A stretch of DNA of 64,000 nucleotides. Source: Candidatus Kapaibacterium sp. (GTDB lineage Bacteria; Bacteroidota; Ignavibacteria; Kapaibacteriales; NICIL-2). This document shows positions 1 through 8,740 of the stretch, piece after piece. The stretch is from assembly GCA_026003475.1 (NCBI GenBank), contig BPHJ01000001.1, positions 741,189 to 805,188 of the forward strand, in the 5' to 3' direction. The notes beneath the pieces were generated by a model. It made no database searches, was not told where the DNA came from, and was given only the letters and a program-made list of their open reading frames with translations. Position 1 is the first letter of the stretch; every line of letters starts with the position of its first letter. Both the position numbers and the translations under genes were made by a program.

Positions 1-136
1 TGTGGACACCAGAGATCCTGACCGCATACAATCGTAGGCTCTTCAACGTCCGATTCTACGCGGTGCGTCCGCCCTACATCATTCCCAATTGGTTTGTACC
101 CCCATATCTGCAACAGCACATCGTGCAGTAACACCG

Positions 137-808
137 ATGAATCGTCACCAATTACGTCAACTGATCAGCGATGGTGAAGGTGTCCGGCTGGAATTCAAGC
201 GGCGCTTCACCTCACCAGAGAAAATTGCCAAAGAACTATGTGCGTTTGCAAATACGCAGGGCGGTTATCTCCTCTTCGGCGTTGATGACGATGGCAGTAT
301 TGTCGGTGTCGAGAGCGAAAAAGAACAGATCGAATTAGTTCAACGTGCAGCAGACTTTTTTATCGAGCCACCGTTGTCGGTCCGCGTCGAAGTAGTTGAG
401 ATTGAGTGGAAAGATGTTGTCGTCGTTATCGTTGAACCAAGTCCGGAGCGACCGCATGCGGTCGTCGAACATGATCGTCGCAGCAACCGCCGTGGGGTCG
501 TCTATGTTCGCAGCCGTGCCGAATCGGTGCAAGCAAGCCGTGAAATGGTGCGTTTGATGCGGGAGCAGCGCCCCGATGCACCGCCGCTTCAGCTCTTCAT
601 TGGCGATCGCGAGCGGCGGCTCTTTGCCTATCTGGAAATGCACCAACGTATCACCGTAGCAGAGTTCGCACGGCTGGTCAACATTTCCCGACGGCGTGCA
701 CTGCAAATACTGATCCGTTTAGTGCGTGCACAAGTGCTCGTACTCCATACCGATGCACCAACCAATTACTTCACGCTGGTTGACGATGCCATCGCAAGCC
801 AATCTTGA
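137..808 (+). CDS. AlbA_2 (Schlafen-like) putative DNA-binding domain protein with a C-terminal winged-HTH. The start could instead be the upstream ATG at 89.
   Basis: Motif EFKRRF..AFANTQGGYLLFGVDDDGSIVGV is typical of PF04326-like AlbA_2 domains. The C-terminal ~60 aa (RITVAEFARLVNISRRRALQILIRLV) look like a wHTH. The 3' end overlaps the recQ start by 23 nt. Confidence 0.6.
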   Translation: MNRHQLRQLISDGEGVRLEFKRRFTSPEKIAKELCAFANTQGGYLLFGVDDDGSIVGVESEKEQIELVQRAADFFIEPPLSVRVEVVEIEWKDVVVVIVEPSPERPHAVVEHDRRSNRRGVVYVRSRAESVQASREMVRLMREQRPDAPPLQLFIGDRERRLFAYLEMHQRITVAEFARLVNISRRRALQILIRLVRAQVLVLHTDAPTNYFTLVDDAIASQS

Positions 809-3188
809 GCATGTGCTTCGAGAGGTTTTCGGTTACCAACAGTTCCGCCCCGGACAAGCAGAAATTATCAGTGCCATTGTCGGGGGACGGGATGTGTTGG
901 GGGTGCTCCCGACCGGCAGCGGTAAATCGCTCTGTTACCAATTGCCGGCTGTGCTTAGCCATGGCGTGACCATTGTTGTCTCACCGCTGATTGCCTTGAT
1001 GCACGATCAGGTATCGGCACTGCAACGGCGTGGCATTGCCTCGACGGCAATTACCAGTGCCCTCGGGAGCGAGGAGATTGCCTTCCGAATCCGTGCAGCT
1101 CAACAGGGGCAGGTGCGCTTGCTCTACATTGCACCCGAGCGGCTCGAAAGCCGAGTCTTTCTCGAGGAACTCCGAAAAGTTGCAATCGAGAGAGTTGTCG
1201 TGGACGAGGCCCATTGCATCAGTCAGTGGGGGCACGATTTCCGTCCTGCTTACCGACGCATTCGAATGCTGACAACAGTGCTGGGACGAAAACAACTGGT
1301 TGCACTGACCGCGACAGCAACTCCATCGGTTCAACAGGACATTGTGGCGCAGCTTGGGATGCATGATCCGGTTGTGCATGTTGGCAATTTCGATCGTCCG
1401 AACTTGGAATTTCACGTCGCGGAGTGCCCCAAGGAAAAAGGATACCAGCAGAAGGTAGCACGACTTGCCGATGCAATCGAACGGTGCACAGGTGCAGCTA
1501 TCGTCTATGCGGGGACTCGACGAGCAACCGAGACCATTGCATCCTTGCTACGATCGTTCGGCATCAATGCCCGTGCCTATCATGCCGGATTGCCCGGCGC
1601 TCTTCGCACACAGGCCCACGAATGGTTCATGGTCGAATCCGCACCCGTCCTTGTTGCAACGGTTGCCTTCGGCATGGGCATAGACAAAGCTGATGTCCGC
1701 TTGGTGGCGCACTGCGATCTTCCGTTGAGCTTGGAGCACTACTACCAAGAAGCGGGTCGAGCAGGTCGAGATGGGCAGCGTGCATTGTGTTTACTCCTCT
1801 ACGCACATGGCGACGAGCGGATGCAGCAACGGCTGATCAAATCCCAATTCCCTCCGCGGCACTTAGTCGAAGAAACCTACACACTGATTGCAGAACGACT
1901 GCGCGTTGCTGTCGGGATGTCCACTGATGCAACGCTGCCCTACGAGCCAGCAGTGCTGGCGCGAAAGCTGCCGTGTTCGGTTCACCAACTCGAGAACGCT
2001 ATCGAGTTTTTAGAACGGCAGCAGCTCCTTGCGCGCTGCCGTGGAGATGGGATGATGCGCGTTCGCATAACTACCAGCAGAGAACGCTGGCGGGAATATT
2101 GCCTGCAGGCACCAGTAGAACGAATGGCAGCAATGGAAGCCCTCCTGCGTTCACTCCCACCATCGGCGCACGAGTCCGAAGTTGAGCTATCGCTTGATGA
2201 TGTCGAGCAACGGCATGCAGTCCCACGGGATGCACTCTATTATGCCCTCCGCACAGCTGAACTTGCTCGCGTTATCGAGGTCGTTCCAGCCGATGCAGCA
2301 GAAGGAATTCGTCTGGTTGGTCCGCGGTATGGTCGAGGTCAATTGCCCATTGAGTGGTCAGCAATCGAAGTGCGACGAGCTGATGCAATCGAAAAAGCAG
2401 CTATGATGGCGCAGTACGCACAGTCGCATGAATGCAAGCGCGCGATCATTCTCCGGTATTTTGGGCAATCTGCTGGCGATTACTGCGGGAAGTGTTCCTC
2501 GTGTCGTCGTGGAGAACAGACCACGCCACGTTCGCCCAGGCAGCGCACCGCATACGAGGAATTCATTCGCCGGTCACTGGTTGCAGTCGTTACTGACTAC
2601 GATGGTCTGCTGACTCGTGAGCTTCTCCTTGCGATTGCACTTGGTAAGAACAGCGATCCGGTCATTGCGATCGGGGCGCATCGATGTTCCCAATTCGGAC
2701 AGCTTGCGACTGTTCCGCCGAGTTTGCTCCGCACACACCTTGACCAGCTTCTTGCGGAAGGAATACTCGAAACCCAGCGCACGAGCGGCACCTTCCGCCT
2801 GACAACATTGGGATGGAGCAAGCTTGGTCGGACCGCACCACCGGCACACCAGCAGCGAGCTGCTCCAGAACACCTACTGGACTCATCGGTGAAAAAAACT
2901 GTCGAGCTGGCACGCCAGGGACATTCGCCAGCGCGCATCGCTGAGCTGCGGAATTTGTCGCTGACCACGGTCGTTAGTCATCTGGTGCAAGCACTTTCGG
3001 TTGGTGTGGAGCTTCCACGCCAGACGTTGGTTGACCAGCGCATGTACCATGAAACGTGCCAGTTCATTCGGCAGCAACCTCAGGCATTACTACGGGATCT
3101 GCAGGCATACTTTGGTGGCATGTATGATCTTGCACTTCTGCGGCTAACGCTTGCGTTTGCTCGGCGCGATTGTTTGCGCAGGCAATGA
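786..3188 (+). CDS. recQ: RecQ-family ATP-dependent DNA helicase with a long C-terminal extension (RQC/HRDC-like region plus an HTH_40-like tail)
   Basis: N-terminus LEHVLREVFGYQQFRPGQAEII, Walker A PTGSGKSLCYQLPA, DEAH box VVDEAHCISQWGHDFRP, and a zinc-binding Cys cluster CGKCSSC. The ORF track starts at 726; the ATG at 786 gives the canonical RecQ N-terminus. Confidence 0.85.
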   Translation: MPSQANLEHVLREVFGYQQFRPGQAEIISAIVGGRDVLGVLPTGSGKSLCYQLPAVLSHGVTIVVSPLIALMHDQVSALQRRGIASTAITSALGSEEIAFRIRAAQQGQVRLLYIAPERLESRVFLEELRKVAIERVVVDEAHCISQWGHDFRPAYRRIRMLTTVLGRKQLVALTATATPSVQQDIVAQLGMHDPVVHVGNFDRPNLEFHVAECPKEKGYQQKVARLADAIERCTGAAIVYAGTRRATETIASLLRSFGINARAYHAGLPGALRTQAHEWFMVESAPVLVATVAFGMGIDKADVRLVAHCDLPLSLEHYYQEAGRAGRDGQRALCLLLYAHGDERMQQRLIKSQFPPRHLVEETYTLIAERLRVAVGMSTDATLPYEPAVLARKLPCSVHQLENAIEFLERQQLLARCRGDGMMRVRITTSRERWREYCLQAPVERMAAMEALLRSLPPSAHESEVELSLDDVEQRHAVPRDALYYALRTAELARVIEVVPADAAEGIRLVGPRYGRGQLPIEWSAIEVRRADAIEKAAMMAQYAQSHECKRAIILRYFGQSAGDYCGKCSSCRRGEQTTPRSPRQRTAYEEFIRRSLVAVVTDYDGLLTRELLLAIALGKNSDPVIAIGAHRCSQFGQLATVPPSLLRTHLDQLLAEGILETQRTSGTFRLTTLGWSKLGRTAPPAHQQRAAPEHLLDSSVKKTVELARQGHSPARIAELRNLSLTTVVSHLVQALSVGVELPRQTLVDQRMYHETCQFIRQQPQALLRDLQAYFGGMYDLALLRLTLAFARRDCLRRQ

Positions 3189-3689
3189 AAGCTCGAGCAG
3201 CCCTGCTGGGGGATTGATGGTCAATGTTCTGGTAGCAGCATCTGCATTGGTGATGAACTCTTCGACGTAGGGCAAAAGAAGCTCATCACCGCTTGGGCGC
3301 TCGATACGAAGCAAGGGGTGAGCGGGGTTGTCCTCAGTGCCAACCACTGTGCCAATCACGGTGCCCTCTGCGACGACAACGCTCCAACCTTCCATCCCCA
3401 TCGGTGTGGTGTACCCTTGAGATTTGACAAGCGACGCAGCAACAAACACTCCTTGCTCACGAAGTTTTTCTGCAGCCTCGCGCGTTTCGACGCCATGAAG
3501 GTGGAGCAATCCATAGCGTTGTGTGAGGGAGAATGCCTTGAGCATAAATTCCCGTCCAAACGACGGGCTAAATCCAATCCACACCACTGTTCCCTCAGGA
3601 AGGAGAACTCGGTGACGAAGCGCCACGCGCATATCACCCTGAAGTCCGTGTGGCCCAGTGATAGTGCCAATCGGCAGACGATCCTGCAT
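3144..3689 (-). CDS. rimM: 16S rRNA processing protein RimM
   Basis: N-terminus MQDRLPIGTITGPHGLQGDMRV is the RimM signature, with a PRC-barrel C-terminus. The ORF track extends to 3983; an internal ATG fits the homology better. The gene overlaps the recQ 3' end convergently by about 45 nt. Confidence 0.7.
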   Translation of the reverse strand: MQDRLPIGTITGPHGLQGDMRVALRHRVLLPEGTVVWIGFSPSFGREFMLKAFSLTQRYGLLHLHGVETREAAEKLREQGVFVAASLVKSQGYTTPMGMEGWSVVVAEGTVIGTVVGTEDNPAHPLLRIERPSGDELLLPYVEEFITNADAATRTLTINPPAGLLELSLPAQTIAPSKRKR

Positions 3690-3800
3690 GGGTATGTGGT
3701 CGTTGGGTATGGGTAAACGCAGCAACAGTGCTCCGGCTGAACAGCCGACGGGGTGTGTTGACGATATTTGCGGCGTTTCAGTACATCGTATGGATTGGGA

Positions 3801-4430
3801 ATGGAAGCTCTCGAGAACATTGCTCGCCTGCATCTGGAGCAATCCATTGCGACTAAGCAGCGATTGCTTGCGCAGTGTCTTGGTGACATCGTGCAGATCG
3901 GAACTGAGCTTGCGCGTGCACTCTCGAAAGGTGCGACCGTGTTGCTCTGCGGAAATGGTGGTTCGGCTGCCGACGCCCAGCACTTTGCTGCTGAGCTTGT
4001 CATTCGATACCGCTCGCAGGTGCAGAGGGCAGCACTTCCGGCATTGGCTCTAACTACAGATCCTTCGCTGATGACTGCTGGAGGCAACGACCTTGGATTT
4101 GATGCTGTCCTTGCTCGAGCCGTCGAAGCATACGGCAAACCAGGCGATGTTCTCATCGGGATCAGCACCAGCGGCAAGTCCGAAAACGTTCGTCGTGCTA
4201 TCGAGGCTGCGCGGTCTCGAACGATGCACACGATCGGACTACTCGGCGGCGATGGAGGTACGATTCGACCATTGTGCGATAGCGCCGTCGTTGTCCCGAG
4301 CACCGTTACTGCGCATATTCAAGAATGCCACATCACGATTCTCCACATTTGGTGCTCGATCATCGAGGCACAGCTCTATCCTGACGTAGTCCGTGCTGCT
4401 GGGCTTGATCAAGTCGAGGCTATGCCGTAA
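3801..4430 (+). CDS. gmhA: Phosphoheptose isomerase (D-sedoheptulose-7-phosphate isomerase), SIS domain
   Basis: Near-collinear with E. coli GmhA, including LLCGNGGSAADAQHFAAEL, GDVLIGISTSGKSENV and the HIQECHITILHIW tail. Confidence 0.85.
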   Translation: MEALENIARLHLEQSIATKQRLLAQCLGDIVQIGTELARALSKGATVLLCGNGGSAADAQHFAAELVIRYRSQVQRAALPALALTTDPSLMTAGGNDLGFDAVLARAVEAYGKPGDVLIGISTSGKSENVRRAIEAARSRTMHTIGLLGGDGGTIRPLCDSAVVVPSTVTAHIQECHITILHIWCSIIEAQLYPDVVRAAGLDQVEAMP

Positions 4431-4460
4431 TTTTGCGCCGCGTCTTAGCGCATTTCGTGT

Positions 4461-4534
4461 GCCACTTTAGCTCAGTTGGTAGAGCAGCTGACTTGTAATC
4501 AGCAGGTCGCCGGTTCGAGTCCGGCAGGTGGCTC
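4461..4534 (+). tRNA. tRNA-Thr (anticodon TGT)
   Basis: Cloverleaf: acceptor GCCACTT/AGGTGGC, D-arm AGCTCAGTTGGTAGAGC, anticodon stem-loop GCTGA-CTTGTAA-TCAGC, T-arm GCCGG-TTCGAGT-CCGGC. No encoded CCA. Confidence 0.85.
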
Positions 4535-4637
4535 TGCGGGATTGATAGTAGGTGCCGTGATGCAATTGCGTAATTCTACGTATTGAGTCTGCAGGAAGGG
4601 GGAGCGTAAGTTCGCTATTGCAAAAACACACTATGTC

Positions 4638-6089
4638 GTGGGTGCAGAAACGATGTACGAATTTGACGACACTCCCGATTGGTCGGGCTTACCGCCAGGT
4701 CTTGATATTGATGATGTACTCGACCAGTGTACGCAAGCGCTCTCGCAAGGATCGCTGGAGCTATTGGATGCCGAGTTGAGGTTTCCCGAGCAATTAGAGC
4801 AGCTAACCGCGTATTGCCTAGAGCGTGGACGATATGCAGAAGGAGTAACCGTTGCTTCTCTCTGGAGTATTGTTGCGCCCTATAGTGCCGATGCATGGCA
4901 CAAACTCGGTATCGCACAGGCAGCGATCGGAAACTATCGCGAAGCTATTGAGTCCCTGCGCCACGCTTTGCTGTGTAACCCGACTGACACCGAGATTATT
5001 CTCCACCTCGCAGAGACCTACAGTACTGCTGGGATCGTGTCCGAAGCAGAGAAGTACTTCGACTACGCACTGTTGATTGATCCATCCTGCGAAGAAGCGA
5101 TCTTCCAGAAAGCAGCGTTTCTGCAGCGACGCGGCTTCTATCGCGATGCTATCGAACTCTACGAGCGTCTTGCCGATTCTCGGACTTTTGCTAAAGACGC
5201 ACTCTTCGAGTTGGGCTTCTGCTACGATTGCTGCCAGCAGTATGCCGATGCCATTACTGCCTACGATCGTGTGCTCGATCTGGACCCCTACAATGCCGAC
5301 GCGTGGTTCAATCGCGGTGTTGTGTTCACGCGTTGCACCCAATACACCGAAGCGCTGTCCAGTTATGATTTTGCACTTGCAATCGAACCAGCGCATGTTG
5401 CCGCGCTCTACAACAAGGGGAATGTGCTCTCTCTGCTGGGCAAACTCGAAGCAGCAATCAGTTGCTACCGTGCCGCGCTCGAACATGATCCTGGCGACGC
5501 CGCTATTTGGCATAACCTCGGTAGCGTCCTCGGCGAGATGGGGAAGTATCAAGAAGCAATTGATGCGTTTACCGAAGCCATACGGATCAACCCGCGACAC
5601 TTCGAAGCATACTTTGGTCGTGGTACATGCTACGATGCTCTCGAGCACTACTATCAAGCCCTCTCGGACTATGATGCCGCGCTTCAGGTGCAGCGTGCCT
5701 ACCCGGAACTCTGGTACGCACGGGCAGACGTGCTTATGCAACTGGAGCTCTACGAAGAAGCACTCGATTCCTATCGCACAGCTCTCAAACTCGACCCCAC
5801 GCAGGCAGCGTGCTGGTACGATTTTGCGATTGCACTCCTGCACACTCGCCAGTACCCAGATGCTGTGGCAGCACTCTGCCGAGCAGCGGAACTGTCTCCA
5901 ACGTGGGCCGATCCACATTTTGCCTTGGTGAAAGCATACCTCTTGCAAGCGAATGTCCCCGCTGCGCAGCAGGCACTGCAACGAGCCATTGAACTTAGTC
6001 CCCACCGGCGGGCCGAATTCGAGGCAGAACTACTTGCAATTCTCCCTGCATCCATTACTCGCCTCCTCGACCAGTCACACAAAGAGTAA
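4638..6089 (+). CDS. Tetratricopeptide (TPR) repeat protein
   Basis: More than 10 tandem 34-aa repeats with the W/LG/Y/A/F/A/P pattern (e.g. AWHKLGIAQAAIGNYREAIESLRHAL). No other recognisable domain. Confidence 0.7.
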   Translation: MGAETMYEFDDTPDWSGLPPGLDIDDVLDQCTQALSQGSLELLDAELRFPEQLEQLTAYCLERGRYAEGVTVASLWSIVAPYSADAWHKLGIAQAAIGNYREAIESLRHALLCNPTDTEIILHLAETYSTAGIVSEAEKYFDYALLIDPSCEEAIFQKAAFLQRRGFYRDAIELYERLADSRTFAKDALFELGFCYDCCQQYADAITAYDRVLDLDPYNADAWFNRGVVFTRCTQYTEALSSYDFALAIEPAHVAALYNKGNVLSLLGKLEAAISCYRAALEHDPGDAAIWHNLGSVLGEMGKYQEAIDAFTEAIRINPRHFEAYFGRGTCYDALEHYYQALSDYDAALQVQRAYPELWYARADVLMQLELYEEALDSYRTALKLDPTQAACWYDFAIALLHTRQYPDAVAALCRAAELSPTWADPHFALVKAYLLQANVPAAQQALQRAIELSPHRRAEFEAELLAILPASITRLLDQSHKE

Positions 6090-6149
6090 GAGCGGTCTAA
6101 ACCAGCCCCATTGAGTGACCGATGACTACTCTATCGCTTGCGAGTGTCG

Positions 6150-6157
6150 TAAATTTG
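6150..6157 (+). promoter_or_regulatory. TAAATTTG (-7 element of a Bacteroidota-type TAnnTTTG promoter) upstream of feoA
   Basis: 8-mer matching TAnnTTTG, 18 nt upstream of the feoA ATG, embedded in an AT-rich partly palindromic stretch (AAATTTGAAACAAGTCTAAATT). Confidence 0.4.
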
Positions 6158-6175
6158 AAACAAGTCTAAATTCAC

Positions 6176-6463
6176 ATGCTGGCGATGCTTAGTCTGGAGC
6201 AAGTCGAAGCAGGACATGTTGTCCGAATCGTACGTCTTGCAGGATCGCAATCATTCGTTGAACGAATGAAAGAACTCGGCCTTGTGTACGACACGGTGGT
6301 AGAAGTCGTACGCCGATCGCCGCTCGGGAGGACGATCCAGCTTCGATACGGAACTTCCCATATTGCACTCCGACTCTCGCGAAATCATATGATCGGGGTT
6401 GAACCACTTCACCAGCAGATTGCCTCAGTTCAGCCAGAACGAGCACTCGATTATGTTGTGTAA
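6176..6463 (+). CDS. feoA: Ferrous iron transport protein A (FeoA)
   Basis: Small SH3-like protein (G..V.IVRL..G....ERMKELGL..G..V.VVR..PLGRTIQLR) immediately upstream of feoB. Confidence 0.75.
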   Translation: MLAMLSLEQVEAGHVVRIVRLAGSQSFVERMKELGLVYDTVVEVVRRSPLGRTIQLRYGTSHIALRLSRNHMIGVEPLHQQIASVQPERALDYVV

Positions 6464-6469
6464 ATCCTG

Positions 6470-8341
6470 ATGCAGGCACGGTCAATTCCCCACGTCGCAT
6501 TGGTTGGAGTTCCGAACTCGGGGAAAACGACACTTTTCAATTCCCTGACGGGGCAGCGAAAGAAGGTCGCTAATTACCCTGGTGTGACTGTTGAGCCATC
6601 GGTTGGAATCGTTCGACAGCACGCATCTGCCATTGCGTTGGTTGATTTGCCCGGTGTGTACAGCCTCTCGCCCAAGTCAACGGACGAGGAAATCACGCTC
6701 CGCGTTCTTGAAGGTGCTGATCCACACCTTGGCTCGCCCGATGGCGTACTCCTCATCCTGGATGCGACGAATCTGGAGAAAGGGCTGCTCCTTTTTTCCC
6801 AACTTGCATCGCTGGGGAAACCGATGCTCGTTGCGCTGACGATGATTGATGAAGTCAAGCGACGTAGCGCAATGCTCGACGATATTCAGCTTGAAGCAAC
6901 CTTGGGTGTGAAGGTCATCCCGATTGTTGGTGTCAAAGGTATCGGCATTACGGAGCTACGGTCAGAACTTGTCAACATCGAGCATTGGCGAACACCGTTT
7001 GTGCACGTTCCACCGGATGCGACGATCGAGGATCGAATCAGCTGGGCACGATTGGTGGCTGCTCAAGTGCTCCGTGAGGTTCATCTCGATGAACGTAGCG
7101 AACGGATTGACCGCATTGTTCTCCATCCTCTTTGGGGGATGGTGGTATTCGTGCTTATCATGGCATTGATCTTTCAGTCCATCTTCACGTGGGCCCAGCC
7201 CGTGATGGATTGGATTGATTATGGCTTTAGTCAACTGCGTGCCTGGATGGTTGGCGATGCAATTGCACCGCCGCTCTGGCTGGATTTCCTTGCCAATGGC
7301 ATTGTAGCTGGTGTGGGGAGCGTTCTTGTGTTCGCACCGCAAATTTTTGTGCTGATGGTATTGGTAACCATTCTGGAAGATAGCGGCTACTTAGCGCGAG
7401 CGGCATTTTTCGTTGATGCAATTCTGGGAAGCTTTGGCTTGCAGGGGCGATCGTTTATTCCGCTCCTGAGTTCGTACGCCTGTGCGATACCAGGAATTCT
7501 CTCGGCTCGGATGATACCATCGCACGCGGAACGGATGGCGACAATTTTGGTTGCACCGCTGATGACCTGCTCGGCTCGATTGCCTGTGTACACGTTGTTG
7601 ATTGCCGCCTTCGTCCCACCGGTGCTGGTTGGTGGTGTGATTTCCCTCCAAGCACTTGTATTGGGCGGGCTCTACCTGGCAGCAGCGGTGGTAGGGCTGT
7701 GTGTTGCTTGGCTACTCCGCAAGACGGTGCTGAGTAGCGATCGGACGCCATTTTTCTTGGAGTTTCCACCGTACCGCGTTCCGCATTGGCGAAATGTTGT
7801 TGTTCGGGCTTATGGGCGAATGCAAGACTTTTTCCAAACAGCCGGAACGGTAATCTTAGCGTTGTCGGTCGTCCTGTGGGCGCTTGCCAGTTTTCCACGC
7901 GTTGAACCACAACCCACGATGAGTGCTGACCACTATCGCCGGATGCAGTTGGAACAGTCGTATGCTGCCAAGCTGGGAAAAGCCATTGCTCCGGTGTTTG
8001 CCCCCATGCACTTTGATTGGCAGGTTACGCTTGGAATTATCGGGTCGTTTGCTGCACGGGAGGTTTTTGTCTCAGTTATGGGGCAGCTCTATGCAGTCGG
8101 AGGAGACGATCCCTCCAATCTAGGGCTGCAGCATGCACTGCAGAGACAACTGCAACCGCCAGTGGCATTCGCTGTGCTTGCGTTCTACATGTTCGCGCTT
8201 CAGTGTATGTCCACGATTGCTGTACTCCGCCGCGAAACCGGGTCATGGAGATGGACTGCCTTTGCCTTTGCATACATGCTCGTGCTTGCCTATGGTGCCG
8301 CCGCGCTAACGTACAATATCACGTCAGCATTGTTGTCCTAA
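6470..8341 (+). CDS. feoB: Ferrous iron transporter FeoB (GTPase domain plus membrane permease)
   Basis: N-terminal G-domain VALVGVPNSGKTTLFNSLTG...ANYPGVTVE, followed by a multi-pass membrane domain with two gate motifs. Confidence 0.9.
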   Translation: MQARSIPHVALVGVPNSGKTTLFNSLTGQRKKVANYPGVTVEPSVGIVRQHASAIALVDLPGVYSLSPKSTDEEITLRVLEGADPHLGSPDGVLLILDATNLEKGLLLFSQLASLGKPMLVALTMIDEVKRRSAMLDDIQLEATLGVKVIPIVGVKGIGITELRSELVNIEHWRTPFVHVPPDATIEDRISWARLVAAQVLREVHLDERSERIDRIVLHPLWGMVVFVLIMALIFQSIFTWAQPVMDWIDYGFSQLRAWMVGDAIAPPLWLDFLANGIVAGVGSVLVFAPQIFVLMVLVTILEDSGYLARAAFFVDAILGSFGLQGRSFIPLLSSYACAIPGILSARMIPSHAERMATILVAPLMTCSARLPVYTLLIAAFVPPVLVGGVISLQALVLGGLYLAAAVVGLCVAWLLRKTVLSSDRTPFFLEFPPYRVPHWRNVVVRAYGRMQDFFQTAGTVILALSVVLWALASFPRVEPQPTMSADHYRRMQLEQSYAAKLGKAIAPVFAPMHFDWQVTLGIIGSFAAREVFVSVMGQLYAVGGDDPSNLGLQHALQRQLQPPVAFAVLAFYMFALQCMSTIAVLRRETGSWRWTAFAFAYMLVLAYGAAALTYNITSALLS

Positions 8342-8374
8342 TCAGCAGGTAGATTTACTCAACGGATACTGGCA

Positions 8375-8740
8375 ATGGAAGACCATGTTGTCACCGATCG
8401 GTTCATCGTTATTGGCGATCGGTTGCTCATCCGGCCGCTGCGGGCAGACACGCAAACCCCAGGGGGGCTCTATCTGCCGCCGACGGTGCAAGAAAACCAG
8501 AAAACCCAGAGCGGATATGTGATCAAAGTCGGTCCGGGCTACCCAATTCCACTCGCCGCCGACAGCGATGAACCATGGAAGGAACCCAGCGAGCGGGTCC
8601 GCTACATCCCGCTCCAAGCGCAAGTGGGAGATTTGGCAATCTACCTACAGCGGGAAGCGATCGAAATCGAGTATGAAGGCGAGCGATACGTAATTGTACC
8701 ACAATCGGCGGTGCTGCTCTTAATCCGGGAAGAGTTCTAA
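8375..8740 (+). CDS. Cpn10/GroES-family small protein (orphan GroES-like paralog)
   Basis: GroES-like layout: DRLLIRP...TPGGLYLP...SGYVIKVGPGY...VGDLAIY...YEGERYVIV. At 121 aa it has longer loops than GroES. No groEL follows. Confidence 0.5.
   Translation: MEDHVVTDRFIVIGDRLLIRPLRADTQTPGGLYLPPTVQENQKTQSGYVIKVGPGYPIPLAADSDEPWKEPSERVRYIPLQAQVGDLAIYLQREAIEIEYEGERYVIVPQSAVLLLIREEF

Noticed and set aside
726-785. ORF-track start of recQ at 726 (MHKCSYSIPM...), 83 nt inside the upstream gene
   Set aside because: The canonical RecQ N-terminus begins at the ATG at 786 (MPSQANLEHVLREVFGY...). The extra 20 codons are not RecQ-like and would deepen the overlap.
3356-4303. A 315-aa minus-strand ORF spanning the rimM and gmhA region
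   Set aside because: It overlaps two well-supported genes (rimM, gmhA) and the divergent promoter region between them. It has no homology signal and is most likely a GC-driven spurious ORF.
4818-6005. A 395-aa ORF antisense to the TPR-protein gene, and the 284-aa ORF at 5077..5931 in an alternate frame
   Set aside because: Both are fully embedded in a gene with clear TPR periodicity and have no recognisable motifs. Long antisense or alternate-frame ORFs are expected by chance in 55-60% GC coding DNA.
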